Shown here one piece after another: positions 1 through 10,989 of a DNA stretch of 64,000 bases. Both the position numbers and the translations under genes were made by a program. The stretch comes from Giardia intestinalis. Its lineage: Eukaryota. Every line of letters starts with the position of its first letter. Within the stretch, counting starts at the first letter, position 1. The notes beneath the pieces are model-generated. The model did not search any database. It was not told the DNA's origin and was given only the letters and a program-made list of their open reading frames with translations. The stretch lies in assembly GCA_000002435.2 (NCBI GenBank), contig CM018793.1; one strand, written 5' to 3'.

Positions 1-4
1 GACG

Positions 5-2479
5 TTGACGCAGATCCGAGCATACGACCCCCAGACCTATAGGAAGTATAAAAACTATTCTGAAACACGAGTCCTCGCTATTTCTCCTCTCCAGACACGT
101 CTCAACGGGATAGGCTTCATACACGCATTGTATCACGGTTCCGGAGGCGATATGCAAGAGGTCTATGGGGAAACCATTAACCTTTCTGATCTCTCTGGTC
201 CAAAAAATGTCTCTCCATATTACTTGTCAACCCCGGCTCCATTGTCCTCTCAGTTGATTGGCTGTACCATTTCCCTCTGTGTCTTGACTTATGATAGCAC
301 ACTGGATCTTGACCAGCTCAAGGCCCGAGCCTACGCCGTTGCATCGTGTTACGTTTCATTCCAAAAGACTCGAGGAGGATCTAAAAGCGCAAAGAGGGCG
401 TACTATGATCTCTATGGCTACACACTTATTAATGAGCAGGACTTTAGTGATCACATACTTCAGTACAAGGAAAATCTCTCCTTCCAGGTAGATCTGCGGT
501 CCGTCCATGCCGATAGCTTCTTTGATTTGGCGCGAGAGCCGGAGTTCACCCTCGAGATCAACGTGAAACTGAAAACTATGGAGGAAGCGCACTCCCCGGT
601 GGTGAACGACATTCCAAACTTACGCTGGGAAGAATATAAGGTTCTTGAAGACACGACCACGGTCACACTAGACCCCAAGCGACCGGAAAGCAAACCCATT
701 TCTGTGGACGGCCACACTCTAGACCTGCTCGGCACTCAGCGGGACATGACATTGGTAAGAAAAGCTCTTCCGGATAAGAGGCACGTAACAAGGTCTGAAC
801 TTGTTTCCATCCTGGACAACTATCTGGCTTACGTAGAAAAGGAGAACAGCGCCTTTTATACTGCGGAGAGGCTAACGCAGATGTCAATGCGCGCCTCGCA
901 GATCTTACAGCAATATGTGTCCATATATCCGCATTACACAGGCTCTGTGTGCCTTTTTCCTGGCTTAGAAAGCTACGAGCGCCGTTACCACGCCAATGAC
1001 CGCCTCGTTGTGTCGCTGATCTCCCCGATGCCCTCTCAATTGGCGCGGCTGGGGTTGCAGCTGGACTATAAAGCTAATGATTTGTACTTCCTGCAAACTG
1101 GTGAGCCAGGCGGACAGATAAATATTAGGAACAGGCCCCACTGGATGCGGATTAGTGAGCATGAGATACACCTTCAGCTGGCCAATCCTCACCACATCGA
1201 CCAAATACTTTCTCCCTATATTGTCGTCTCCTCGTCCAGTCCAGAGGTCTTTATCAGGTCCACTCAGATTCAGCTAGTCTTTCTTCTAGAGTACATCAAG
1301 AAGGGCATAAAGAGGACAGGAACGCCGCTGACTAGCGTGGTAAATGTCAACTGCCATCCGTATATGCCGCTGATAACCAACTTGCGTGTGTGTTTGCCCC
1401 ACGCAGTACCAAAGGAGTTGCAGAGCACAGTCTTTAATGTGGTTTTTGGGGTCAATACGCTTACGCGCGAGGTCTTTCTTGTGAGCCCAGATTGCAACGG
1501 GTGCTATATTTCTCAGCAGGAGGTAGAATATTTGCAGGTACTTAGCGCCACCAGTGGGGCGGCCAAACATAGAGTAGGCGAATCTGCAATCTATGACGAC
1601 GACGTCCTTCTGGAAAACAGCCACTTTTCTAGCGACAGCCAGACTCTGGAGTGTCGGGTTGTGCGGCTAGATGCGCTTGATGACCAGATTCATGGAATTC
1701 AGGGGGACCTTGCCGGACCGTCGGTGCGAACACCGAAGCCGCGATTGGCCATCCTCCCCGGTGCGAACAGGACCTTCTGCTCGCTGCCTCATATCATCAA
1801 GGCCGGCCTGGGAAGAGTCGGCGTTGTATATTTGGTGTGCAGCCTGAACAGGGAGCTGTTGCCCATTTACTTCAGCGAGGGTAACAATTACCATGTCGTT
1901 GAGCTTTGGAAGGGGCAATCTATAGTTCTCAGGTTTGGCATCACGTGGTCGATGTACAGACACACATACAGTGAGATGAGTGCCGGAGTATCCATCCAGG
2001 CGCCCACCCAGCTCATCTCCACTGAAGCATCTCTTATCAATACGATACCAAACGTCTACAACGGCTCCTTCTCGATCCCCGGGCCGGGGGTGTACGTGCT
2101 GTCTCTCTTCCCCGCAGTTGGCGTAACAACTGCAAATCCGTCGGCGCACAAAGGCATAGTGTGTCTAATAAAAGTGAAGGAGATCCCAGAGATCGCACAT
2201 AGGTATAAGGTCACAGTTAAGGGGGTCGAGAACAAACGCTTTCAATACAGTAACCAGGCATCCAGGGGCCCGAATGTGCAAATGGAGAGGCCGTCCATTA
2301 CTAAGCTTCTTAGCGTGACGCCAGGGTCGGAGTCTGAGCCGGGGTCAGGGATTGTAAAGTTCAGGTGCGGAAGGTGGATATGGTGCCGCCCGTACGAAAC
2401 CACCGCGCGGGTATTGGTCTATAGCGCGGAGGACACACAGGCGCCCTATGCGGTCCTATTTTATTTGCGATTTGAATAA
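5..2479 (+). CDS. Hypothetical host protein (824 aa); no recognisable motifs
   Basis: Long uninterrupted ORF with host-like GC (~52%) upstream of the H2B gene; no family recognised by eye. Confidence 0.35.
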   Translation: MTQIRAYDPQTYRKYKNYSETRVLAISPLQTRLNGIGFIHALYHGSGGDMQEVYGETINLSDLSGPKNVSPYYLSTPAPLSSQLIGCTISLCVLTYDSTLDLDQLKARAYAVASCYVSFQKTRGGSKSAKRAYYDLYGYTLINEQDFSDHILQYKENLSFQVDLRSVHADSFFDLAREPEFTLEINVKLKTMEEAHSPVVNDIPNLRWEEYKVLEDTTTVTLDPKRPESKPISVDGHTLDLLGTQRDMTLVRKALPDKRHVTRSELVSILDNYLAYVEKENSAFYTAERLTQMSMRASQILQQYVSIYPHYTGSVCLFPGLESYERRYHANDRLVVSLISPMPSQLARLGLQLDYKANDLYFLQTGEPGGQINIRNRPHWMRISEHEIHLQLANPHHIDQILSPYIVVSSSSPEVFIRSTQIQLVFLLEYIKKGIKRTGTPLTSVVNVNCHPYMPLITNLRVCLPHAVPKELQSTVFNVVFGVNTLTREVFLVSPDCNGCYISQQEVEYLQVLSATSGAAKHRVGESAIYDDDVLLENSHFSSDSQTLECRVVRLDALDDQIHGIQGDLAGPSVRTPKPRLAILPGANRTFCSLPHIIKAGLGRVGVVYLVCSLNRELLPIYFSEGNNYHVVELWKGQSIVLRFGITWSMYRHTYSEMSAGVSIQAPTQLISTEASLINTIPNVYNGSFSIPGPGVYVLSLFPAVGVTTANPSAHKGIVCLIKVKEIPEIAHRYKVTVKGVENKRFQYSNQASRGPNVQMERPSITKLLSVTPGSESEPGSGIVKFRCGRWIWCRPYETTARVLVYSAEDTQAPYAVLFYLRFE

Positions 2480-2536
2480 CTGCACAGGGGCGCAGATTTC
2501 GGCTGCGGAAGGGGGGAAAAAGCGGGCGGGAAAGAA

Positions 2537-2929
2537 ATGTCGAAGGTGGAGACGAAGCGCCTGATGAAGAAGACGGAGGCCGGGGACAAGGGCGACGCGA
2601 AGCGCAAGCACAAGCGCCACGAGACGTACGCGACGTACATCTACAAGGTCCTCCGCTCGGAGAACATCCGCTCCGAGGCAGACACGGACCTCGGGATCTC
2701 GAACAAGGGCATGGAGGTGATGAACTCGCTCGTGAACGACCTCTTCGAGCGCATCGCGTCCGAGGCGTCGAACCTCGCGAAGATCAGCAAGCGGAACACG
2801 ATCGGGAAGAAGGACATCGAGTCCGCCGCGAAGCTCGTCATCCCGGGCGAGATCGGCCGCCTGATCCGCGACGAGGCCGACAAGGCCCTCTCGAAGTTCA
2901 CGTCCTCGAAGGAGTCCACGAAGAAGTAA
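2537..2929 (+). CDS. Histone H2B (divergent; short insertion in the N-terminal helix region)
   Basis: Lys-rich N-tail (KRKHKRHE) followed by the H2B core pattern YxxYIYKVL...GIS.K.M.VMNS.VND.FERIA.EAS.LA...KR.TI....I..A..L..PGE...........KA..K[FY]TSS; canonical histone-fold spacing. Confidence 0.85.
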   Translation: MSKVETKRLMKKTEAGDKGDAKRKHKRHETYATYIYKVLRSENIRSEADTDLGISNKGMEVMNSLVNDLFERIASEASNLAKISKRNTIGKKDIESAAKLVIPGEIGRLIRDEADKALSKFTSSKESTKK

Positions 2930-2930
2930 A

Positions 2931-3509
2931 TTATAGCCCGCGTGCTAGTATTAGAAGGAAGGCGCCTGCCAAAGCGAGTCCCAGAAGGCCTCGGCGTCGT
3001 GGAGTGCGCGAGAGGACCTCTAGTAGGAAAGGAGGGACCCGAGGCTGATCAGAGGCCGTGGCGTTTTTCATAGGCAAGAGGTCGCTTGCAAGCATCCCAG
3101 AGAGTAGGTATGCCCTGAAAGCATTAGCATCCGCAAATGCGCGGCAACGAGTTGAGTCAGCAAGAAGACCGGCTAGCTCGGCCTGATGGTTTTCGTGGAG
3201 ATTTGTGTTGACAATGAGAAAGTGGGGCAACCGGAGCTGCATGGCCTCCAAGTAAATCCCAGTCGCTGCGTGGCTAAAGATTACATCCGCGTCTTCAAGG
3301 TACGAAGCGAGCGATGGAGCGTAATCAAAGGAGGACACTTTGAGCCCAATGTTAACTGCAGAGGGCGGCACCTTGAATGGCGAGCTGCCATGCTGAACAG
3401 TCAAGTGGGTAACACCGACTCGGGCCAGCGCCTGAAGAACTTCCTCGTCGCCGAAAATGCAGACCAACTCGTCAAATCTCGTGGTCCCGACTGATGTGAA
3501 AACACGCAT
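2931..3509 (-). CDS. ALG13: UDP-GlcNAc transferase subunit ALG13 (glycosyltransferase family 28 C-terminal domain)
   Basis: N-terminus MRVFTSVGTTRFDELV matches the ALG13 start (MKxVFVTVGTTxFDxLI); later VIFSHAATGIYLE matches the ALG13 VISHAGAGSCLE motif; size 192 aa. Confidence 0.65.
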   Translation of the reverse strand: MRVFTSVGTTRFDELVCIFGDEEVLQALARVGVTHLTVQHGSSPFKVPPSAVNIGLKVSSFDYAPSLASYLEDADVIFSHAATGIYLEAMQLRLPHFLIVNTNLHENHQAELAGLLADSTRCRAFADANAFRAYLLSGMLASDLLPMKNATASDQPRVPPFLLEVLSRTPRRRGLLGLALAGAFLLILARGL

Positions 3510-3530
3510 TTTGTTTTAAGTTTCCCCTAT

Positions 3531-4007
3531 ATGACGACAAGCAGCCTCATTGCAGATCTACCGAAGTGGCGGGCTGTGCCTGACGAGCAATATGCAGCGT
3601 TGAAAACAAATGCCCGTTCGCCCAAGGATGCACATGGAGCAAGGGAGTTGACGCCTGCGCAGCGCAACGTGCTCTTCAACCATGGCACAGAACAAGCCTT
3701 TAACAACGAGTACTATGCATGCAAAAGCTCGGGAACATACATTTGTCGCGCTTGCCACCTTGCACTCTTCAGCTCCGGGGACAAGTTTGACTCTGGGACC
3801 GGCTGGCCATCCTTTGTGTCTCCACTTGATTATCGCGTAGTAGCATATACGCATGATACCTCTCATAATATGGAGCGCACAGAGGTGCATTGCGCGAATT
3901 GTGGGGCTCACCAGGGGCACGTGTTCAACGACGGGCCTGCTCCAACAGGTCTTCGCTTCTGCATCAATAGCGCGTCCATCTTATTACGTCCTGAAGATAG
4001 TAAATAG
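3531..4007 (+). CDS. MSRB: Peptide methionine-R-sulfoxide reductase MsrB (SelR domain)
   Basis: CxxC ... FDSGTGWPSF ... RTEVHCANCGAHQGHVFNDGP.PTG.RFCINSAS: diagnostic MsrB zinc and catalytic motifs. Confidence 0.85.
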   Translation: MTTSSLIADLPKWRAVPDEQYAALKTNARSPKDAHGARELTPAQRNVLFNHGTEQAFNNEYYACKSSGTYICRACHLALFSSGDKFDSGTGWPSFVSPLDYRVVAYTHDTSHNMERTEVHCANCGAHQGHVFNDGPAPTGLRFCINSASILLRPEDSK

Positions 4008-4013
4008 CTTAGC

Positions 4014-6440
4014 TTAAGCAAACGTTGCCTCAAATTCTCTGATTCTCTCTATGGCGCCTTCAATACTGTCGACCGGCTGCACTCGGTTGCGAATCCAAGA
4101 GCTCAGTCTCTCGGTGTGCTCAGCGAACCGGCTATCAAAGAGGATGAAGCTGCACCAATCATCCTTGTGGCGAATTCCTCGTCCCATGCACTGGTTGACA
4201 AGCGTGAACGCATGGTCCATAAGAAATTGCTCGCCGCGTTGTCTGTGTTTTTCCCGCACAATTGGGTCACCCAAATTGGGAAACGGAATACCTACAACAA
4301 CGAGGCGGCGGCATAGGTTGTCCTTGAAGTCCAAGCCTTCACTCACCCTGGCTCCTGCACTGGCGCACAAAATGCACCTGGAGCTACCAAGTGCTAGTGC
4401 ATAGGTCTCCATTAGTTTGTCAACAGACTCTCCTGCTCGCTCAAAGAAAACAGCGGGGACGGATTTGTTGGTCAAGGATGCTGAGAAGATAAGAAAGCGG
4501 TCTCTGATCTTCTCCACGATGCGGTACGATGGAAAGAAGACCAGTGTACCAGTACAATCTCTGCCACTCTTGGCAATCTCCATAATATTCTGGAAGACAA
4601 CATCTACTTGCTCAGGCGTCCAACTTGACGCAACAAAGAGGGCTTTTTGCTGCCCAGTGGCCTTTGTAGTCAGCGAGACCTGTTGAATGAGGGTTCTGCT
4701 GGGGGCTGCCACATGATCTATGGAGCAGCAGCTGTTCGGATCTGCTGGCTGACCAAGAAGCTCCCTACTGTAGTAAGAGAAGGGACCTAGTGTTCCAGAG
4801 ACAAAACATATCTGCGCTTCGTAGTCTCTGCGGCCGTCCCTGGATGTATTAAACAATCTTCTGAAAGGAGACCTAGTCTTGCTGTCCACAGGGGAGCTGA
4901 ATTTATATAGATGTAGTGTCCTGGGTCGGTCTCCGGTCACGTAAGTTTTGTACAGCTCGCGCGTGTCAATCTCTGCAAGAATGCGGATCATGGATACAAC
5001 TGAGTAGATTCTCTGGCGCGGCTTATCGGTCATGTCTGACTCCTTGCACAATCCACACAGTTTTTGTGGAATTCTATTCAATAGAAGAAGATTGAGAGCT
5101 TCACAGAAGTCAAATCCCCTCAGTCTGAGTGAGGTTAATAGTTCGGTGATTGGGGTAAGAACATCGCACGTGGCCGTTTTGCTTAGATATTTCCTAATTA
5201 TGCCGAGGACTGTCGCCAGTCTGTCCAAAAGGCGTGCTGTTGGATTGGGAAGGCCTAAGCGCGTCTGGAGAAGATACTTATTGAGCGCTTTGATAAAGCA
5301 GTCCAGATCATCTTCGGAAACAGTACACGAGTTCCGAGCGTCTAAGGCCCCGGGCATGGCGTGTGCCTCGTCCACTAAAAGGAGAAGCGGGGCCGACTCT
5401 AACAGCCCTAACGATCCTGCAGCACCATGCAGTTCCTCCACGAGCATCGCGTGAGAGAGAAGCACGACAGAAGCATGCATTGCGGCATGCCTAGCGCTAT
5501 AATATGGGCATACACCGAGAGCGCTGCAACGTTCACGGAACGCTGAAGGAGAGCGTATCCCAGACAGACACAATGCAGTGCCCACAAGCACCTTGGCGGG
5601 GCTGTAATAGTTACACCTGGAGTTCTTGCGCAAGTCTTCGCAGAGTTCGCCAAGATCCTCTAGGTCTGCACCTGAAGACGACTGGAGACAGTATGTGTCT
5701 CGCCCAGCCAGCGATACAACGGGGGCAGTGGAGAAGTCAAATTTCTGGGGTCCTTGCTTCTCAATGATCCCTCTGAATCGGCGAAATGCTTCTACAAGCT
5801 GTGCTATCTGCGCATGTGTTCGCGTCGAAAGCAGGACGCATCCTTTCCCCAGGTAGCCCGTAGCACCATTCTCTGGATGGCCCCGGCCATCTATAGCACT
5901 GTGTGGCTGCGTGAGGGACAGATAAGTGTCTAGAGACAAGATCTTGTCCAGACCCAGAAATGCAAAGAGGAACGAATACGAGTTTGCAGCTGCCTGCTTA
6001 CGTAGTGGCTCAGCTGTAAGACTAGGGTCCGTGTGCTTCTTGGAGGCGTACTCCAAAAGAGTCTTCAAAGCATCTGGATTTGCGTAAGACTCTGCTATAT
6101 GGAGGAGTTGCCCAACAAAGGCCCTGTTTATGTGCCTCGAAGCAGAAACCAACTCAGCGGCCGCCTGTTCGCTGGCATCTACAGCCCAGTCAGGGAGCTT
6201 GTTGACACTACCCAGCTTAGTACTTGCACCAGATTGCACAGATTCCACTTTAGAATGGGTGCCTACCAAGTTTTCCAGGCTATTGATCCAATCCCACGCC
6301 GTGTGAAACAGCATCGCCGTCTTCCCGGTCCCTGTGGGGGCGTCCAAAAAGGCAGGAACTTTGTTAGCAATGCAGCGCTTTAAGAAGGATACGCCCTCCT
6401 GCTGCACGGCGTAAGGAGAGAAGGGGAAGAAAGCAAGCAT
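4014..6440 (-). CDS. Rad3/XPD-family (DEAD_2) FeS-cluster DNA helicase
   Basis: N-terminal FPFSPY.VQ...FLDAPTGTGKT (motif I); DEAH box LLLLVDEAHAM; four-Cys cluster between motifs I and II; C-terminal GRGIRHKDDWCSFILFDSRF typical of XPD/FANCJ/RTEL/CHL1 helicases. Confidence 0.75.
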   Translation of the reverse strand: MLAFFPFSPYAVQQEGVSFLKRCIANKVPAFLDAPTGTGKTAMLFHTAWDWINSLENLVGTHSKVESVQSGASTKLGSVNKLPDWAVDASEQAAAELVSASRHINRAFVGQLLHIAESYANPDALKTLLEYASKKHTDPSLTAEPLRKQAAANSYSFLFAFLGLDKILSLDTYLSLTQPHSAIDGRGHPENGATGYLGKGCVLLSTRTHAQIAQLVEAFRRFRGIIEKQGPQKFDFSTAPVVSLAGRDTYCLQSSSGADLEDLGELCEDLRKNSRCNYYSPAKVLVGTALCLSGIRSPSAFRERCSALGVCPYYSARHAAMHASVVLLSHAMLVEELHGAAGSLGLLESAPLLLLVDEAHAMPGALDARNSCTVSEDDLDCFIKALNKYLLQTRLGLPNPTARLLDRLATVLGIIRKYLSKTATCDVLTPITELLTSLRLRGFDFCEALNLLLLNRIPQKLCGLCKESDMTDKPRQRIYSVVSMIRILAEIDTRELYKTYVTGDRPRTLHLYKFSSPVDSKTRSPFRRLFNTSRDGRRDYEAQICFVSGTLGPFSYYSRELLGQPADPNSCCSIDHVAAPSRTLIQQVSLTTKATGQQKALFVASSWTPEQVDVVFQNIMEIAKSGRDCTGTLVFFPSYRIVEKIRDRFLIFSASLTNKSVPAVFFERAGESVDKLMETYALALGSSRCILCASAGARVSEGLDFKDNLCRRLVVVGIPFPNLGDPIVREKHRQRGEQFLMDHAFTLVNQCMGRGIRHKDDWCSFILFDSRFAEHTERLSSWIRNRVQPVDSIEGAIERIREFEATFA

Positions 6441-6476
6441 CTGGGCGCCTGCTCAGAAAAATCTAAAAATCAAATT

Positions 6477-9434
6477 ATGACATCCCAACTTGATAAGGTG
6501 TTCGAGCATGAGTTGGATGTTGTCCAGTCGTTGAAGGGAACCCTTAGCAAGAAGGACAAGATACACTTTTGTAAGTGGATCTCGCGGTTACAATACATCT
6601 GCAGAACAAAACACGAACGGACTATCCGGAATCGTTATCTCGAGCTTCTTTCGCTTCAGATCCAGCTCCTAGGGCATCTGGAGGAGCCATTCACGCGACT
6701 ACCGCTGGAGGGTAATCTGGAGTCCATTCCTAGCTACTGGTTGGAGCGATTGCAGAAGACCCGCGCAGGCCTCAGCCGGGGTCGCTCCCCACAGCCTCTG
6801 GTCCACGAGCGGCAGGGGCCACAATCTCCACGATTTTCTCACATGGGAATAGGACAACACGTCTCTTCTCTTCCACACCAGTTTGGAGATCACCGGCACG
6901 TCAGCTTTGGCGAAGATAACGCCAATCCAGACGGGTATGCATACGTTAGCAGCGCCTTGGGGGGAAACCTTTCGAACTCAGGCGTCCACACAGACTATAA
7001 ACATGAACTGCCAAAAGGACAGCAGCAGGCGGAGTTCCCACTGTCTTCTTTTAAGGGGGCGTCGTTTACATCGCAGTCTTTTGCCGACGAGCCAGCGCAC
7101 GCTATTACGATGGCTGCACAGAGAGACACTCCAACCTTTGACACTATTAAGGCAGCCAAGCGTGCAAGATACGATACCCCGGATGCCAGCTTGATGCGCG
7201 ATTCTTTCCCTGACATTCAGTACTTACAACTTACGCGGCCGCCACTAACTGACGCGTTGTCCAATAGGATGAATACATTGCTGCAGCACGAAATCCCAAC
7301 ACACCTGCAGGGACACAATCAGATGCAACCTCACTCCTTACAGAGGGGAGCGACCAACAGCGATGCAGACGAAGCAAATGGATATAATATCTCGATTGCA
7401 GAGCTACGTGCCGTGCCCGAGGCAGTGCCTAGTATGGTTGCAAGCGTTCACAAGCTAGTCGCTTCTGTGATAGATAACAGCTCCGTGGTCCACCAGTTCG
7501 GTAGTCCTAGCAGGAGCTGCTCTGGACTGCCGAGAGCTACTGAGCAGAGCCTGTCTGTGGAAAGCATTCGGAGCCGCAGAATCCTGTCAGCTTCACGTAT
7601 GGACAACGGCGCCGCTCCTGCTCTTGCGACTGAACAGCGCTATGTCGTCGCTGCAACAATAGAGGCGCCTATTTCTGCGCACACATCAAGGAGTGGAACG
7701 GCCGCGAGCACACGGTCGGCACGGGGCTCCGAGGCCCTTGCTGATCCTCCTATCGTGACTGCCTCTCAGCGAGACCTGGGCGGCCATCCTGCCACTACTT
7801 TAACGGACGATGGGCCAGACTGCCACGTTACCACAATGAATGTGCTGCACGCCTCGCAAGCACTGATAGAGCCGTCCGAGGCTCGTCCTGTTTTATCGCC
7901 CCGTCGTAGCGCTGTCAGCTATGTAACCTCTGAGGTCCATGCAGAGCCGCTTCCCACAGACTCTCGCCCTGATGGCACTACCGAATCCGTTACCTATAGA
8001 ACGCAAAAGGACTATGCAACGAGCGAACCAAGCTCTGTTGTGCACAGCTACACTAAAGACGGGCTGGGCCCGACCATTGTATCAGATGCGCTTATGACTT
8101 CGACAGACGTGTCTCTGTCAACAGAAGCTGTTGCAGATGCGGATTCTGGGGTAAGAACGCTTATTATCAAGCCGCGCACGTCTTCCTCTGTTCCAGAGCT
8201 AGCTTCTGTCCAGGTAGTTGGGACTATACCACTGAGAGGACCGGAGTCATTTTCAGTTGCGCCTCCCTCAGCTCAGCAGGATAACAATGGAACGGAAAAC
8301 GAGCCCGCTCCTACTGTTCTTTGTGCGCCGTTAGCAATAGCAGACACTACTGCTGTTCAGGAGACTGAGAACGAGGTCCTGACCGCCATCACTGAACTTC
8401 CTGAAGTGGATGCACAGACACTTTACTTAGAAGGAACACATCAGGACGACCACTTGATAAAGCCTGTGAAGGCAGACTTTGTTCCTCATGTCATTCCCAC
8501 GAGCTCTCCAAGAAGTGGGAGCTACAAGTCCGTCATGGCTCTAGATAAGGGTGACATTTCCCCTGCTAGGTCCCCCACAGGTAGTGCCGATTCCAGGCAC
8601 AAAAAGCCGCGGGTGCGACTCTTACCCACTGATTCGCATGAGCCTGTGCGGAAATTAGATACCAGCGCGTCTTTGACCCCAGATGCAGTAGTAGCCCAGC
8701 CAAGCGGACAAGCAAGTTGCGTCGTTGCCAAGTCATCGCCCCGGCGGATGGCAGGACAGAGTCTATATTCAGACCTCCTGTTCAGCCGCATGGAGTCGCT
8801 GGCCTCTTCAATCTCTCAGTCAATTCTTGAGTCTAAAGGTCCAAACCCAGACCTTATCACGCAGCCCCCGATGCCCAAGCAAGACCCGGACCTGGTGGAG
8901 ACGCTACTGACCAAGAAGGAAGGGGCAGGTTCTAGTTTCGTTGCGCCCGACTTGGCAGACGCGGAGGACAACGTTGATCAGTCACTTTACTTTGTTGTCA
9001 CAGACAAGCGAGGTCAGGACGTCCTGTCCCCAGACACGGTTACATGTGAGGCTGCTGGCCGCCGCCTAATCAACTCCAGCCCCCCAGATGACGACGAGGC
9101 CGCCGTGACGGCGATAATGAGCACGTACCAGCATTTCGGGCAGCGGACCTTCGAGGAGCGCAGTCCTAGCTCTGACTTTGATGAACCAGAGCCTCCCATG
9201 GTTGTTTGCGACGCGGGAGATGCCCCGCCGGTCGTGATAAGGGCCGGGGCCGTTGCGCCGCCCATGTCCTTCGAGGAGAACATAGCCCTGCTGCAGAGCG
9301 CCAAGCAGGACGGCTGCATCTCCTATTCGCGGAGCCGCGCCGGGTCCAGGGCTCTCTCTCTGAGCCGGCGGAGCGTGTCGGCAGGCCGGCGCTCCGAGGC
9401 CCCGCCTCTGCAGCCGCAGCGTCACTGTAAATAG
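6477..9434 (+). CDS. S/T/P-rich low-complexity protein (985 aa); last ~70 codons lie inside the outer inverted repeat
   Basis: Long ORF with a structured N-terminal ~100 aa then disordered S/T/P-rich sequence; the ORF crosses the left IR boundary at ~9213, so its C-terminus may be an artefact of the repeat. Confidence 0.3.
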   Translation: MTSQLDKVFEHELDVVQSLKGTLSKKDKIHFCKWISRLQYICRTKHERTIRNRYLELLSLQIQLLGHLEEPFTRLPLEGNLESIPSYWLERLQKTRAGLSRGRSPQPLVHERQGPQSPRFSHMGIGQHVSSLPHQFGDHRHVSFGEDNANPDGYAYVSSALGGNLSNSGVHTDYKHELPKGQQQAEFPLSSFKGASFTSQSFADEPAHAITMAAQRDTPTFDTIKAAKRARYDTPDASLMRDSFPDIQYLQLTRPPLTDALSNRMNTLLQHEIPTHLQGHNQMQPHSLQRGATNSDADEANGYNISIAELRAVPEAVPSMVASVHKLVASVIDNSSVVHQFGSPSRSCSGLPRATEQSLSVESIRSRRILSASRMDNGAAPALATEQRYVVAATIEAPISAHTSRSGTAASTRSARGSEALADPPIVTASQRDLGGHPATTLTDDGPDCHVTTMNVLHASQALIEPSEARPVLSPRRSAVSYVTSEVHAEPLPTDSRPDGTTESVTYRTQKDYATSEPSSVVHSYTKDGLGPTIVSDALMTSTDVSLSTEAVADADSGVRTLIIKPRTSSSVPELASVQVVGTIPLRGPESFSVAPPSAQQDNNGTENEPAPTVLCAPLAIADTTAVQETENEVLTAITELPEVDAQTLYLEGTHQDDHLIKPVKADFVPHVIPTSSPRSGSYKSVMALDKGDISPARSPTGSADSRHKKPRVRLLPTDSHEPVRKLDTSASLTPDAVVAQPSGQASCVVAKSSPRRMAGQSLYSDLLFSRMESLASSISQSILESKGPNPDLITQPPMPKQDPDLVETLLTKKEGAGSSFVAPDLADAEDNVDQSLYFVVTDKRGQDVLSPDTVTCEAAGRRLINSSPPDDDEAAVTAIMSTYQHFGQRTFEERSPSSDFDEPEPPMVVCDAGDAPPVVIRAGAVAPPMSFEENIALLQSAKQDGCISYSRSRAGSRALSLSRRSVSAGRRSEAPPLQPQRHCK

Positions 9435-10755
9435 TTGTCTGTCGCCGGCCGTGGCACCGGGGCGGTCTTCTGCTGTGCGGCCGCCCTTGGACATTGATCC
9501 GGGGGCTGGGAGCCTGGCGGGCCGCCACCCCTGGGCCAGCGGGTGTCCGGGCGAACCTCCCCACAGTCTGGAGCTGACGCCTGGGGAGCGGTAGCCGCTT
9601 GCACGGTGCCTGGCTCCTGGACGTGTTCCAGCTCATGGGCAAGCCTGAGATTCGTTGTTCTTGGTTCGACCGAGCCCCTGGGGGCACACAGACTCGAGGA
9701 GCCAGCAGTTTGAGCGACACAATGCGAGGGACCAGAGCGTCTCGGATCCATAGAGGGCGCCGCAGGTGGGCGCACAAGACCGACGTTGGTGCACTAGGTG
9801 TTATCATGGCGGGCTTCATGAATAGATGGGAAGCCACATGGAGCACCACAAGGTGAGAGGGTAAGCACTGTGTCCGTGTGTGAGGATGGCCTATGTCTAT
9901 CTCACGTAGCCGGGCTTCCTCCCGCAAAAACGGGTCATCAGGACGACGTCGACCTCTATGAGCCCGTCTGGATGACGCTGTGCCGTCCTGCGCTCAAGGT
10001 CCAGTTGCACGGAGCCATCCTCCTTAGTGCCTGCGTGGTGCTTGGTATCCACTCTTGTGAATGCGGAGCTCAACGGCTGCGCCGACACAGACTGAGCGTC
10101 TGTGGCGAGCCGAGCGGATTGATAGGCGGCTGGTCTGGGGAGGGTGTACAGGAGTGAAGCTAGTTGTTTCCTTGCACCTCAAAGCTAGCCAGGGCGCCGT
10201 CAGGTATGGCCCGGTGGGGGAGCCAGCGGCTAAGGCGTGCGTTGTGTTTGGTTCTGTGTGCTGTAGCTGAGGCCGCTGCCTGCGGGCAACATAGTGCCTA
10301 TCTTAGCGGCGGCCTCTTCCACTTTTGGGTGGTCGGGTGCTTTCCAAGGAGGTGGAGTCGAGCGTTCCGTTGGGTTCGGCGTATAGCTATTCTAGCAGGA
10401 TTAGTGCCTCACCTCCTGGTCTTGGCCCAGGCGCCGCGCGTCGGTGCGCCCACCTGCCCATCTGCTTGCCTCGGGCGCGGTGGAGCCACAGTGCAGAGCG
10501 TTAGGGGGAGGCGGCCACCCACATCTGCGCCTGGGCCCTCCTACCCCACGCCAGCCGTCTGCCCCGCCTGGTTCTCGCCGCTCGGGTCGACTGGTGCATC
10601 CACTCGCGCGGCGCCGCGGCGAAGCACACCGGCGGCGGGTCGCGTCTTTTCGGGCCTGTCTGACTTCTCGTCTAAACTATTTGGCGGACAGATTCCGAAT
10701 TGATTTTGATTCGGCCTCGGGTTGACCTGGTGTCCGGAAATAAAAAGCAGCGACC

Positions 10756-10989
10756 ATGTCTGATGCCACCATTCCGACGCCGCCTCTGGAGCACCCCCCG
10801 AGGCCGCCCGGGATCTTCTCGAGGCTCCTCTGCATCGCTCGAGCCGTTCGAGCCCTCCCCCGCACCGTTCGAGCCGCGTTCCGCGCTGTGATGCGCCTGG
10901 ACCAGCTCACTGTCAGGTTCACGCTCGGCCAGGGGAGGGCTTGCCGCAAGGTCTCGGTTGTGCTCTCCCACGGGAGCCAGCCGAAGTAA
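10756..10989 (+). CDS. Small ORF (77 aa) inside the outer IR, preceded by an element-type promoter motif; relic first gene of an old element?
   Basis: Preceded by GGAAATAAAAAGCAGCGACCATG and by AATTGATTTTGATTCGG repeats resembling the inner end of element TIRs; mirrored copy at 52865-53098(-). Confidence 0.25.
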   Translation: MSDATIPTPPLEHPPRPPGIFSRLLCIARAVRALPRTVRAAFRAVMRLDQLTVRFTLGQGRACRKVSVVLSHGSQPK

